A stretch of 64,000 nt of DNA from Candidatus Woesearchaeota archaeon (GTDB lineage Archaea > Nanobdellota > Nanobdellia > Woesearchaeales > 0-14-0-80-44-23). Both the position numbers and the translations under genes were made by a program. Location of the stretch: assembly GCA_038874135.1 (NCBI GenBank), contig JAVZCZ010000001.1:352001-416000 (forward strand), read 5' to 3'. Shown one piece after another: positions 29,816-38,526 of this stretch (position 1 is the first letter of the stretch; the number at the start of each line of letters is the position of its first letter). The notes under the pieces are model-generated. The model did no database searches, was not told where the DNA came from, and worked only from the letters and a program-made list of their open reading frames with translations.

Positions 29816-31441
29816 GTGAAACCGCATAATCGGTTGGGAAATAGGATAAAACATATTATAGACAGAGGAGACCCTCTGCTTAGCATCGCACTTGACACGG
29901 TGAGAATTGGAAAACAAGCGCTAATATTTCTAAATACTAAGCAAAGGGCTGAAAAAACTGCTGAAGAGATTTCTAAACACCTTATAGTTGAAGAACAGAA
30001 TAAGAAAAAACTAGATGCACTATCCGAAGAAGTGCTTTCAGCTCTAGAAAGCCCAACTGAACAGTGTAAAAGACTTGCATCCTGCATAAAGACGGGAATC
30101 GCATTTCACCACTCAGGACTTGTCCAAAAACAAAGGGAATTAATAGAAGAAAATTTTAGAAATGGTACAATAAAGATCATATGCTGCACTCCAACCTTAG
30201 CATATGGCCTAGATCTTCCTGCCTTCAGGGTTGTAGTCAGAGACCTAAAAAGATTTGGAGCCCGCGGCATGGAATTAATACCAGTGCTTGAGGTTCAGCA
30301 GATGTTCGGAAGGGCTGGAAGACCGTCTTATGATAGTGAAGGAGAAGCGTTGTGCATTGCTGAAAACGAAACGCAAGAAGAAATGATTAGAGAAAAATAC
30401 TTCACGGCAGAGCCTGAGCCGATTTATTCAAAACTCGCAGTTGAGCCCGTACTCAGAACATACCTTTTAAGCTTAATCTCCTCAGGCATAGTAAGTAACC
30501 TTCAAGAAATAATCTCATTCTTTAATAAGACATTCTGGGCGCACCAATTCAGAGACACTAAAACATTTCAGAAGATAATCAAGAATACGTTAGAAGAGCT
30601 AGAAGAGTGGGAATTCATATCCTCTGGAGAGAAAGAAAAGAAAGGTGAAGAATTTTTAAGTGCCTACGAAATTAAAAACATGAACGCTCATACAGAAAGA
30701 AATGTTTTCTCAACACGAATTGGACAGAGAGTTTCTCAACTATACATAGATCCACTTACAGCTCACCAGATGATTCAATGTTTAAAAAGGGCAGAGAGAA
30801 AAGAACACGACACCTTTGCATACCTTCAAATGATAAGCAACACCCTTGAAATGAAGCCGCTTCTAAATGTTAAAAATAAGGAGCTTGAAGAGATTTATGA
30901 CTTCCTCTTAGAACACGAGCAACTTCTACTAGTGGTTCCGCCAAAGGAATACGAGGTGGAATATGATGATTTTATAAGATCTGTAAAAACTGCAATGCTA
31001 TTTAACGACTGGATTGAAGAAAAAAGCGAAGATTACCTTATGGAAAAATATGGAATAAGGCCTGGAGAATTTTCTGTCAAGCGGGGAAATGCTGACTGGC
31101 TGCTCTACTCCTGTGAGGAGCTCTGCAAGATTCTCAGTTTAAGAGAGTGTGAATCGGAGTTGCGGCGCTTAAGAATAAGGATGGAATATGGAGCCAAAGA
31201 AGAGCTCGTTCCACTTCTGCGCCTGAAAGGAATTGGAAGGATAAAAGCAAGAATTCTGTATAACAACAGGATAAGAGACTTGGGAGATGTTAAGAAGACT
31301 CCCATGGCAGCTCTGACAAGCATCCTTGGAAAGACCCTGGCTATAAGCATAAAGGCTCAGGTTGGAGAATCTCCCAAGGAAGAAGCTGAAAATTCAGGAA
31401 CGCTCTTAAATGGAAGTTGGCATCCTCTTTCTGAAGAGTAG
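29816..31441 (+). CDS. Hel308/Ski2-like helicase lacking the N-terminal RecA1 domain
   Basis: Motifs IV-VI (LIFLNTK, GIAFHHSGL, TPTLAYGLDLPA, QMFGRAGRP) and C-terminal HhH present; no Walker A or DExH box; start codon uncertain. Confidence 0.85.
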   Translation: MKPHNRLGNRIKHIIDRGDPLLSIALDTVRIGKQALIFLNTKQRAEKTAEEISKHLIVEEQNKKKLDALSEEVLSALESPTEQCKRLASCIKTGIAFHHSGLVQKQRELIEENFRNGTIKIICCTPTLAYGLDLPAFRVVVRDLKRFGARGMELIPVLEVQQMFGRAGRPSYDSEGEALCIAENETQEEMIREKYFTAEPEPIYSKLAVEPVLRTYLLSLISSGIVSNLQEIISFFNKTFWAHQFRDTKTFQKIIKNTLEELEEWEFISSGEKEKKGEEFLSAYEIKNMNAHTERNVFSTRIGQRVSQLYIDPLTAHQMIQCLKRAERKEHDTFAYLQMISNTLEMKPLLNVKNKELEEIYDFLLEHEQLLLVVPPKEYEVEYDDFIRSVKTAMLFNDWIEEKSEDYLMEKYGIRPGEFSVKRGNADWLLYSCEELCKILSLRECESELRRLRIRMEYGAKEELVPLLRLKGIGRIKARILYNNRIRDLGDVKKTPMAALTSILGKTLAISIKAQVGESPKEEAENSGTLLNGSWHPLSEE

Positions 31442-31442
31442 C

Positions 31443-32153
31443 TTATCTACGCTGCAGTTTTCTGAACATCAGCTTTATTTCAGGAAAGGATAGCTTTCTA
31501 TACCTTCCGGGAGCCAGCCCATTTATTGAGAGGCTTCCTATTCTGACTCTGAGAAGTCTTACTACCTTGTAGCCAAGTACTTCAAACATCTTCTTTATCT
31601 GATGCTTTTTACCCTCATGCATTATAATCCTCACGGCCTTTGAATCTTCTAATGTTTCAGCTTTGAGAGGCCAGCTCTTACTACCATTAAAATCTACACC
31701 CTGTCTCAACAATTTAAGATCCTTGCTTTTTATGGGCCTGTCAATCCAGACGAGGTACTCCTTTTCTGTTTCATATCTAGGATGCGTTATAAGGTTTGTG
31801 ATTTCCCCATCATTTGTAAGGAGCACAAGCCCTTCTGAATCAAAATCCAGCCTGCCAGCAGGGTATACCCTCTCTTTAACCCGTACAAAATCTGCAATGC
31901 TCTTTCTTCCAGGCGTTTTTTCCATACTGCATAGAACAAATTTTGGCTTATAGAATAGGATATAAGTTTTTCTTTCATGCGCGAGTTCCCTGCCGTCAAC
32001 CATTATCCTATCTACAAAAGCGTCTGCCTTGTCTCCCAACTGGCACCTCTTCCCATTAACACTTACCCTGCCTTCAAGGATGAGCTGTTCAGCTCTTCTC
32101 CTGGAGCAGTATCCTGAATTTGCTATTATCTTCTGAACCCTCTGCAACGCCAT
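31443..32153 (-). CDS. RsuA/RluB-family rRNA pseudouridine synthase with S4 domain
   Basis: 'RVQKIIANSGYCSRRRAE', catalytic 'GRLDFDSEGL', 'EGKKHQIK'. Confidence 0.94.
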   Translation of the reverse strand: MALQRVQKIIANSGYCSRRRAEQLILEGRVSVNGKRCQLGDKADAFVDRIMVDGRELAHERKTYILFYKPKFVLCSMEKTPGRKSIADFVRVKERVYPAGRLDFDSEGLVLLTNDGEITNLITHPRYETEKEYLVWIDRPIKSKDLKLLRQGVDFNGSKSWPLKAETLEDSKAVRIIMHEGKKHQIKKMFEVLGYKVVRLLRVRIGSLSINGLAPGRYRKLSFPEIKLMFRKLQRR

Positions 32154-32188
32154 TTTTACCTAAACCTGCTGGAGAACATCCTCTCTTT

Positions 32189-32890
32189 TTAAACCTGCGC
32201 AGTGCAGTAAGCACATCTAAGCCTCAAAGAACAATTAGAGCATTTAGGCACCTTCTGGCAGAACCTCTTGGCGTGCTCAACAATGAGGGCGTGAAATTCT
32301 TGGTACACTTCAAACTTTTTTGGAAGGCAACTTTCAAATTTTTCCCTTACTTCATCATATTCAGCATTCTGGCTTATTAAGCCAAGGCGTGAGAATATCC
32401 TTCTAGTGTAGGCGTCCACCACAAATATTCTCTGCTTGTAGGCATACAGCAGTATTGAATCAGCTGTTTCTTTGCCTACACCCCACACTGAGAGGAGTTC
32501 ATCCCGTGAGGGGATTCTCCCTCTAAGTTTTATGAAGAATCTTGAAAACTCAATAAGCTTTCTCGCCTTCTGATTGAAGTATCCTGCTGGGCGTATCGCT
32601 GAAGCAATTTTATATTCTTTTAAGCGCAGAATCTTTTCAGGATTAAGAGCCCCTAACCTTTTAAGGTTTAAAATGGCTTTTTCAACATTCTTCCAAGAGG
32701 TGTTCTGGGTAAGTATTGCTCCCACACAGATCTCAAAAATATCACTTTCTCGCGTTGGAAATGAATAATCTCCAGGATGATATCCCACCTTGGAAGCTGA
32801 CTTTTTATCAGCAGCACTTAGAAGGGGCCACCAGCCTTGAGGCCCATAATCTTTCAGGAGTTGCTTGTAGACTTCTAAAAATTCGTTCAT
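32189..32890 (-). CDS. Endonuclease III-related HhH-GPD glycosylase
   Basis: 'GAILTQNTSW', 'GVGKETADSILLY', 'VVDAYTRR', C-terminal Cys4 cluster motif. Confidence 0.92.
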   Translation of the reverse strand: MNEFLEVYKQLLKDYGPQGWWPLLSAADKKSASKVGYHPGDYSFPTRESDIFEICVGAILTQNTSWKNVEKAILNLKRLGALNPEKILRLKEYKIASAIRPAGYFNQKARKLIEFSRFFIKLRGRIPSRDELLSVWGVGKETADSILLYAYKQRIFVVDAYTRRIFSRLGLISQNAEYDEVREKFESCLPKKFEVYQEFHALIVEHAKRFCQKVPKCSNCSLRLRCAYCTAQV

Positions 32891-32966
32891 TAAAAAGAGA
32901 TTGTTAATTTCTGATTTAAAATATTTTTCAAAAACCTTTTATATTCAACAGCACAATACTGGAAAT

Positions 32967-34286
32967 ATGAAGATAGCTGTGCTCACAATGTTTAAAGAAG
33001 GGCTTGGGGGAGGGGCGGGAAGAGCAGCTTACGACTTGGCAAGGTGCCTGGCAAGGCATAACAAAGTAGCTCTGCTATGCCCTGGAGAAAATACTGGCGT
33101 GCTTAAAAGGGAAAAAAATTTGATCATGTTTTCGTTAAAGGCAAAAAGCAAGGGCAACATCAGCATTATTAAGTGGGATGAAAAGAACTTTAAGTCTTTC
33201 AGAAATTTTTTGGACGATTTCAAACCTGATGTCATTCATGCTAACGACTTTATAGACATTGACTTTTACGGAATGGTTTATGCGGTAGAGCGGAGAATAC
33301 CCTTCTTCTACACTGGCCACGTGCTTCCTTCTAAGTGTTTGGAGTTCTCACTGCCAAGAGCACTTACTCCTGGAGCGAGAATTCTGGAGAAGGGAGTAAT
33401 AAGAAAATACTTGAAGAGATTCTTCGCAAACTGCGATGGCATAGTAACTATGAACAAGTTCAACTATGCTGACCACGCCAAGTTCTGCCAGAGAAGCAAG
33501 CTTTACATAATTCCTAACGGGAAGAATCTTAGAGTCTATGAGAAGGTAAAAATTGCGGGAAGGAATTCTCCCAAAAACATAATATTCATAGGGTTTTTGA
33601 GCGATAGGAAGAATCAGGCTTTTCTTATAAAGAGCATGAAGTACCTCCCTCAAGAGTACAACCTCATACTTGTAGGTTCTGAGCTCTACCCCGGATACAG
33701 GAAGAAGCTAGAAAGGCTCGCTGAGGATTACAATGTCAGAAATCGCGTGGAATTCGTAGGAGAGGTACCCTATGATAAGATACCCTTACAAATTGCCAGA
33801 GCCAAGGCATTTGTTTCAGCATCCTTAATGGAAGTTCAAAGCCTAGTAGTGCTAGAAGCACTAGCCTCCGGAAGGCCCGTTATCGGGTTGAAGAACGAAA
33901 CAATTTCAGAAGTCATTGACGGTTCAAACGGAATTGCTCTACCAAAGAATTGCACTCCTAAGCGATTTGCAGAAGCGGTTAGAAGCGTTCTTGAAATGCC
34001 TTACGAGGAATATAAAAAAATGTGCGTTAATGCAAGAAAATCAGTAAGAAGATTCGGCTGGGATTCTGTAGAGGGCCAGCTGCTAAAAATGTATCAACAT
34101 GGATTGAGTAACTACAAGGAGAAGAGTACTGCTGGAATAATAAGAACTTATGAAAAGTGGAATAGGCTGCTTTCTTCTGTTATTTATTTCGCAATCTTCA
34201 TAGATGAAAAGTTCAGAAGATTTAACAGTAAGATATTAAATTCTTTAAAGAAGATAAAAAAGAAAGTGGTTAAGAGGAGAGCTTGA
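32967..34286 (+). CDS. Glycosyltransferase family 4 (GT-B)
   Basis: 'GGGAGR', 'PDVIHA', 'IPNG', 'EVQSLVVLEALASGRPVI'. Confidence 0.92.
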   Translation: MKIAVLTMFKEGLGGGAGRAAYDLARCLARHNKVALLCPGENTGVLKREKNLIMFSLKAKSKGNISIIKWDEKNFKSFRNFLDDFKPDVIHANDFIDIDFYGMVYAVERRIPFFYTGHVLPSKCLEFSLPRALTPGARILEKGVIRKYLKRFFANCDGIVTMNKFNYADHAKFCQRSKLYIIPNGKNLRVYEKVKIAGRNSPKNIIFIGFLSDRKNQAFLIKSMKYLPQEYNLILVGSELYPGYRKKLERLAEDYNVRNRVEFVGEVPYDKIPLQIARAKAFVSASLMEVQSLVVLEALASGRPVIGLKNETISEVIDGSNGIALPKNCTPKRFAEAVRSVLEMPYEEYKKMCVNARKSVRRFGWDSVEGQLLKMYQHGLSNYKEKSTAGIIRTYEKWNRLLSSVIYFAIFIDEKFRRFNSKILNSLKKIKKKVVKRRA

Positions 34287-34287
34287 T

Positions 34288-35472
34288 ATGAAGGTTTTCA
34301 GCCACTCCAGGATTCAATCCTATGAGCAGTGCCCTCTCAAATTCAAGTTTGCATATATTGACAATGTTGAAACGGAGATATCTGAGAGCATTGAGAGCTT
34401 TCTTGGATCAAGGGTTCATGAGGCATTGGAAAAGCTTTACAGAGACCTGATGTTTGAGAAGTTAGATTCTGTTGAAGAGATCCTGCAATTTTACAATGAA
34501 GAGTGGAAGAAAAATTGGAATGACGGCATAGTAATAGTAAGAGAGAATGAAGGCTATTCTGCCGAGAATTATCGTAAGATGGGTGAGCGCTTCTTAAGAG
34601 ATTATTACAAGAGGTATTATCCCTTCAATCATTCCAGAACAATTGCACTAGAAACTGAAGAGAAGGTTGCCCTGGATGATGAGCACTACATTCACATTAG
34701 AATAGATCGCCTTGCCATTGCTCCTGACGGAACATACGAAATTCACGATTATAAAACTAGCAGTAGCATTAAGACCCAGGAAGAACTGGATAAAGATAGG
34801 CAGCTGGCGATATACGCTTATGGTGTTAAGAAGATGTTTCCAGATGCTAAGAAAGTATCTCTGGTATGGCATTATCTGGCATTTGATAAGGAAATGCGTT
34901 CTGAAAGAACAGATGAACAGCTGGAAAAGCTGAGGGATGAAGTGCTCTCAATAATAAGGGAGATAGAGTCAGAAGACAAGTTTGAGCCGAAGATGTCTGC
35001 TCTGTGTGACTGGTGCGAGTTTAGGCCTGTTTGCCCAAACTTCAAGCATCTTTACGAGCTTGAGAAGAAGGAACCAGAGGAATTTTTAGATGATGAGGGG
35101 GTTAAGCTAGTTAATGAGTATGCTGCAATTTCGGAAAGAATTGAGGAGCTCTCTGAAAGGGCGGAAGAGTTAAAAGAAAAGATAAAGAGGTTTGCGATTC
35201 AGAAAAATGTTAATTTTGTTTATGGTTCTGAGGTCAAGGCATTGGTTAAAGTTTATAGTCGGCTTAACTTTCCCGGCAGGGACAACCCTAAGCGCAAAGA
35301 GCTTTTTGAGCTTCTCAAAAAAGTCGGGCTCTGGGAACAGATAGCAGAGCCAAACTTTTATGAACTCTCAAAATTGTTAAACTCTGGAGAGATTCATCCT
35401 GAGATTAAGGGCCTAATTGAAAAATATGTGGAAAAATGTGATACAGTGTTCCTAAGGCTTATGAAGAAATAG
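34288..35472 (+). CDS. PD-(D/E)XK nuclease, AddB/Cas4-like, with Fe-S staple
   Basis: 'SHSRIQSYEQCP', 'RIDRL', 'IHDYKT', 'QLAIYA', 'CDWCEFRPVCP'. Confidence 0.92.
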   Translation: MKVFSHSRIQSYEQCPLKFKFAYIDNVETEISESIESFLGSRVHEALEKLYRDLMFEKLDSVEEILQFYNEEWKKNWNDGIVIVRENEGYSAENYRKMGERFLRDYYKRYYPFNHSRTIALETEEKVALDDEHYIHIRIDRLAIAPDGTYEIHDYKTSSSIKTQEELDKDRQLAIYAYGVKKMFPDAKKVSLVWHYLAFDKEMRSERTDEQLEKLRDEVLSIIREIESEDKFEPKMSALCDWCEFRPVCPNFKHLYELEKKEPEEFLDDEGVKLVNEYAAISERIEELSERAEELKEKIKRFAIQKNVNFVYGSEVKALVKVYSRLNFPGRDNPKRKELFELLKKVGLWEQIAEPNFYELSKLLNSGEIHPEIKGLIEKYVEKCDTVFLRLMKK

Positions 35473-35507
35473 AAAGTTTTATAACAAAAAAAGAGAATGA
35501 ATTTTTT

Positions 35508-36032
35508 ATGAACCACAATAACCATAAGGATGTAGTAAAGAAGGGCGACCTGGTTAAGATTGATTACTCCGCCTCATTGCCTGACGGGGTGATATTTGAC
35601 ACTTCCATAGGTTTTGTTGCAGACAGGTGCGGCATTTTAGATGATGTAAGAGAGTATAAGCCTATGGAATTCATAGTTGGATCTGGCAGCGTGATTCCTG
35701 GGCTTGAAGAGGCTGTTTTGGGAATGAGAATAAATGAGTCAAAAACTGTAATGATAAGTGCGAATGAAGCATTTGGAGAACACGATCCTGAAAAGATCAA
35801 GAGGGTTCCGAAGGAGCTCTGCGGAAAGCAGAGCATAATAAAAGGGGAGCACCTTGTTATAACAGATGGGAATAAAGCAGTGCTTTGCCATGTAGAAGAG
35901 GTAACTGAAGATTCAGTAGTCCTTGACTTAAACCACCCTCTGGCCGGTAGGGACATAATTCTGAACATAAAGGTTCTAGCAATAAACGGCAAGCCTGAGA
36001 GCAATCAGAACGGCAATTCACAAACTTTATAA
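35508..36032 (+). CDS. FKBP-type peptidyl-prolyl isomerase (SlyD-like)
   Basis: 'G.IFDTS', 'GSVIPGLEEA', 'LDLNHPLAG'. Confidence 0.94.
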   Translation: MNHNNHKDVVKKGDLVKIDYSASLPDGVIFDTSIGFVADRCGILDDVREYKPMEFIVGSGSVIPGLEEAVLGMRINESKTVMISANEAFGEHDPEKIKRVPKELCGKQSIIKGEHLVITDGNKAVLCHVEEVTEDSVVLDLNHPLAGRDIILNIKVLAINGKPESNQNGNSQTL

Positions 36033-36056
36033 ATAAGCCCAATTTTCTGAGATAAT

Positions 36057-36401
36057 ATGCAGTATAAGAATGGCTCTCAGCAGAATTCTGAAAATCCTGA
36101 AGAGGATTTTAGACACCTCAGAGTCCCAAGGGGCAAAGAGACCTTTGGAATAGTTGAGCAGCGCCTGGGAGCTTCCAGGATAAGAGTTAGGTGCTTAGAC
36201 GGAAAGAACCGTGTCTGCAGAATTCCCGGAAGACTTAAGAGAAAGCTCTGGGTTAGAGAAGGTGACACAGTTATTGTTGAGCCTTGGGAGTTCGGCGGCG
36301 ATGACAAGGGAGACATAGTATTCAAGTACCGCCCAACTCAGGTGAATTATCTTAAGAGAAGCGGCTATTTGAAGGAACTTGAAGACTTCAACGAGTTTTA
36401 G
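36057..36401 (+). CDS. eif1A: Translation initiation factor aIF-1A
   Basis: '[37 protein letters not shown]'. Confidence 0.96.
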   Translation: MQYKNGSQQNSENPEEDFRHLRVPRGKETFGIVEQRLGASRIRVRCLDGKNRVCRIPGRLKRKLWVREGDTVIVEPWEFGGDDKGDIVFKYRPTQVNYLKRSGYLKELEDFNEF

Positions 36402-36876
36402 TCCTCACTTCTTCACTAATTACTGACAGAATTAGAATAAAGCAGCCAAGGCTTATCATGGAATCTGCGAGATTAAAAACTGGCCACGCCTTCAAATCTA
36501 AAAAGTCCAGAACTGAACTGTAAAATATTCTGTCATAAAGGTTCCCGAGTATGCCAGCGCTTATGAGACCTAAAGATAGTGAGAGTTTGCTCTTGTTTAT
36601 CCAAAAAGTTGAGGAAGCTGCAATTACTGCTAAAACGAACAGGGAGAATATAATTAAGAATCCGGCTGAGTGGGGAATTATGCCGAATGCTGCCCCACTA
36701 TTTCTAGTTGGCGTTATAAAGATTAGATTTGCTATAAGTGGGTAGGATTTGCCAATTGGAAATTTTAGAAATACCAAATGTTTAGTTATCCTGTCCATCA
36801 GAAAACCTAAAGTTGTAAGTAAGAAGAAAGATGTTAGATTTTTTATATTGTGATTCTTATCCGCACGCTTCACCAT
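36388..36876 (-). CDS. lspA: Lipoprotein signal peptidase II-like protein
   Basis: 'DRITK', 'NSGAAFG', 'GNLYDR', 'VLDFL', 'WPVFNLAD' with both catalytic Asp residues. Confidence 0.9.
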   Translation of the reverse strand: MVKRADKNHNIKNLTSFFLLTTLGFLMDRITKHLVFLKFPIGKSYPLIANLIFITPTRNSGAAFGIIPHSAGFLIIFSLFVLAVIAASSTFWINKSKLSLSLGLISAGILGNLYDRIFYSSVLDFLDLKAWPVFNLADSMISLGCFILILSVISEEVRTKTR

Positions 36877-37214
36877 CGTCTCTCCTTCATAATCATTTCA
36901 AGGTTTGAGAGGCGCTGGTTAAGATTCTGCAGCATCATCTGGATTGAGTCCAGCTTGGCAGAAAGTACTTCCATCTGCTTCTGAAGCATGTAAGTAGGGT
37001 CCATTCCCCCGCCGTACTGGAAGGCTGCTTGCTGCTGAAATGCTGTTGGCTGCGGAATGCCCGTTTGGAATCCGGACGGATATGTTCCCTGAGGAGTGCT
37101 TGCTGTTGCAAGCGGATCCTGAATTCCGGTGTTAAGTCCAGGCTGCCCTCCCAGGTCAAGCTTGGAAAGGTCTAAAGGTTCATCTTTCTTTTTTCCAAAA
37201 GAGAATAGTCCCAT
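36870..37214 (-). CDS. Hypothetical protein (low-complexity P/Q/G linker and C-terminal coiled coil)
   Basis: 'MGLFSFGKKK' N-terminus; 'MEVLSAKLDSIQMMLQNLNQRL' heptads. Confidence 0.75.
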   Translation of the reverse strand: MGLFSFGKKKDEPLDLSKLDLGGQPGLNTGIQDPLATASTPQGTYPSGFQTGIPQPTAFQQQAAFQYGGGMDPTYMLQKQMEVLSAKLDSIQMMLQNLNQRLSNLEMIMKERRW

Positions 37215-37231
37215 TTTCCATCACGCTCTTT

Positions 37232-37918
37232 TTATTTTCTCTTTTTGCTGCTTATAGTTTTGGAAAGCTTTTCCAGTAGTTCTTTTCCACATTTTGAAAT
37301 TGCTTCAGCGCCCTTTCTTCCTTTCTTTAATAGGTTTCCAGCAACATTGTAGTCCCAAAGCACTCCTGGCATGTCCTTTATCCTGTTCCCCCACCTTTCA
37401 AAGAAGCAGGTGGACTCTAAAGTGTTTATGGAGTGCATTTCAGGTTTTTCTGCTGGATGCCCAATTGGAAGTATGGCTTCTATTCTAACATGGTCTGGAT
37501 TATCTATTATTCTCTGGATAGCATTCTCTTCAAATGCTCCAACCCAACAGGAAGCGAGGCCTAGGGCGTGAGCTGCGAGAAGCATATTCTGTATTGCTGC
37601 TGCGCAGTTCTGAATTGCGTAGAGACGCTCACCCCTTATTCCGTAAAACTTTCTTATCCTCTCCATATCAGAGCAGACAACTATTATAACTGGAGCCTTA
37701 GAAATCCAGTGCTGCTGAGCGCATGCCTCTGCAATCTGCTTTTTCTTTTCCTCTTCTGTGATTATTACGAATTTCCAGTTTTGAAGGTTTCCTGAAGATG
37801 GAGCGTGCATTCCGGCTTCTATGATCTTCACGACATCTCCCCAATAGACTGGTTCATCAGTAAACTTGCGTATGCTCCTCCTCTCTATCATAGCTTCAAA
37901 CAGGTCCATACCCTTCAT
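37232..37918 (-). CDS. Nitroreductase family protein
   Basis: 'RRSIRKF', 'APSSGNLQNWKF', 'QNMLLAAHALGLASCWVG'. Confidence 0.95.
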   Translation of the reverse strand: MKGMDLFEAMIERRSIRKFTDEPVYWGDVVKIIEAGMHAPSSGNLQNWKFVIITEEEKKKQIAEACAQQHWISKAPVIIVVCSDMERIRKFYGIRGERLYAIQNCAAAIQNMLLAAHALGLASCWVGAFEENAIQRIIDNPDHVRIEAILPIGHPAEKPEMHSINTLESTCFFERWGNRIKDMPGVLWDYNVAGNLLKKGRKGAEAISKCGKELLEKLSKTISSKKRK

Positions 37919-38043
37919 AATGTTATCTTTTCATTAATAAATTTATCTGAAATGCTAGATTTATAACTGCAATTTTAAGTGAGAGTAAAAGATTAGAAAA
38001 ATTATTAGAATAATTTAAACTACTAAAATTATAATAATTTTAA

Positions 38044-38071
38044 AAAAATTATTTTAATTAAAATAATTTTT
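38044..38071. repeat. Perfect 28-bp AT-only palindrome in a very AT-rich intergenic tract
   Basis: AAAAATTATTTTAA|TTAAAATAATTTTT. Confidence 0.7.
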
Positions 38072-38164
38072 AATACTTAAATTTTAAAAATAGTAAAATA
38101 TTTAAATATCAAATATTATTTAGATTAAAAAAATTATAAAAGTATTTTTACAGCGTCGAGAAGA

Positions 38165-38338
38165 ATGAAGAAAGTTAATATTGGATTGAGCGATGAAATT
38201 CATGCGCAGGCAAAAATAATCTCAGTTCTAAAAAAGATAACACTTCAGGAATACCTTCAAGACGCGATTGAAAGTGCGGTGAAAAAGGACAGGGCAATAC
38301 TTGGGAAGGTGCGAGGTGAGAAAGAAGAAATAAGCTGA
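38165..38338 (+). CDS. Small ribbon-helix-helix-like protein (57 aa, not in the ORF track)
   Basis: MKKVNIGLSDEIHAQAKIISVLKKITLQEYLQDAIESAVKKD...: alternating beta strand followed by two helices; TATA-like TTATAAA just upstream. Confidence 0.75.
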   Translation: MKKVNIGLSDEIHAQAKIISVLKKITLQEYLQDAIESAVKKDRAILGKVRGEKEEIS

Positions 38339-38347
38339 ATCATGCTC

Positions 38348-38444
38348 CAAGGGGCTGTGCCAGTAGGTATTGAAGTCAAAGACTTCTCAACTGATGTTGA
38401 CACCCCCAATCTCGACATCAAATACCTAGCAAAACAGCCCCTTG
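38348..38444 (+). ncRNA. Putative structured RNA (three-way junction)
   Basis: Four nested stems: CAAGGGGCTGT/ACAGCCCCTTG, TAGGTATT/AATACCTA, GAAGTC/GACTTC, TGATGTTGA/TCGACATCA (one G-U pair on the + strand), followed by CCCCCTTTT. Confidence 0.65.
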
Positions 38445-38526
38445 CCCCCTTTTAATTCTAAAAAATTTAAAATTAGAAGAAAAAAATTATAAACTGGTCC
38501 AGATAAACCATTCTTTGGGAGTTAGT

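Noticed and set aside
29766-29816. Frameshift restoring a full-length Hel308
   Set aside because: The upstream space is occupied by intact unrelated genes, and no Walker A/DExH coding remnant is visible.
34288-35472. CRISPR-Cas locus suggested by the Cas4-like gene
   Set aside because: No repeat-spacer array and no other cas genes seen in the window.
37980-38150. Replication origin
   Set aside because: AT-rich, but no cdc6/orc1 gene and no recognisable ORB repeats; not supportable from this window.
38385-38420. Hammerhead ribozyme or purine riboswitch as the identity of the three-way-junction RNA
   Set aside because: CTGATG is followed by T and lies within a stem, there is no correctly placed GAAA core, and purine-riboswitch junction motifs are absent.
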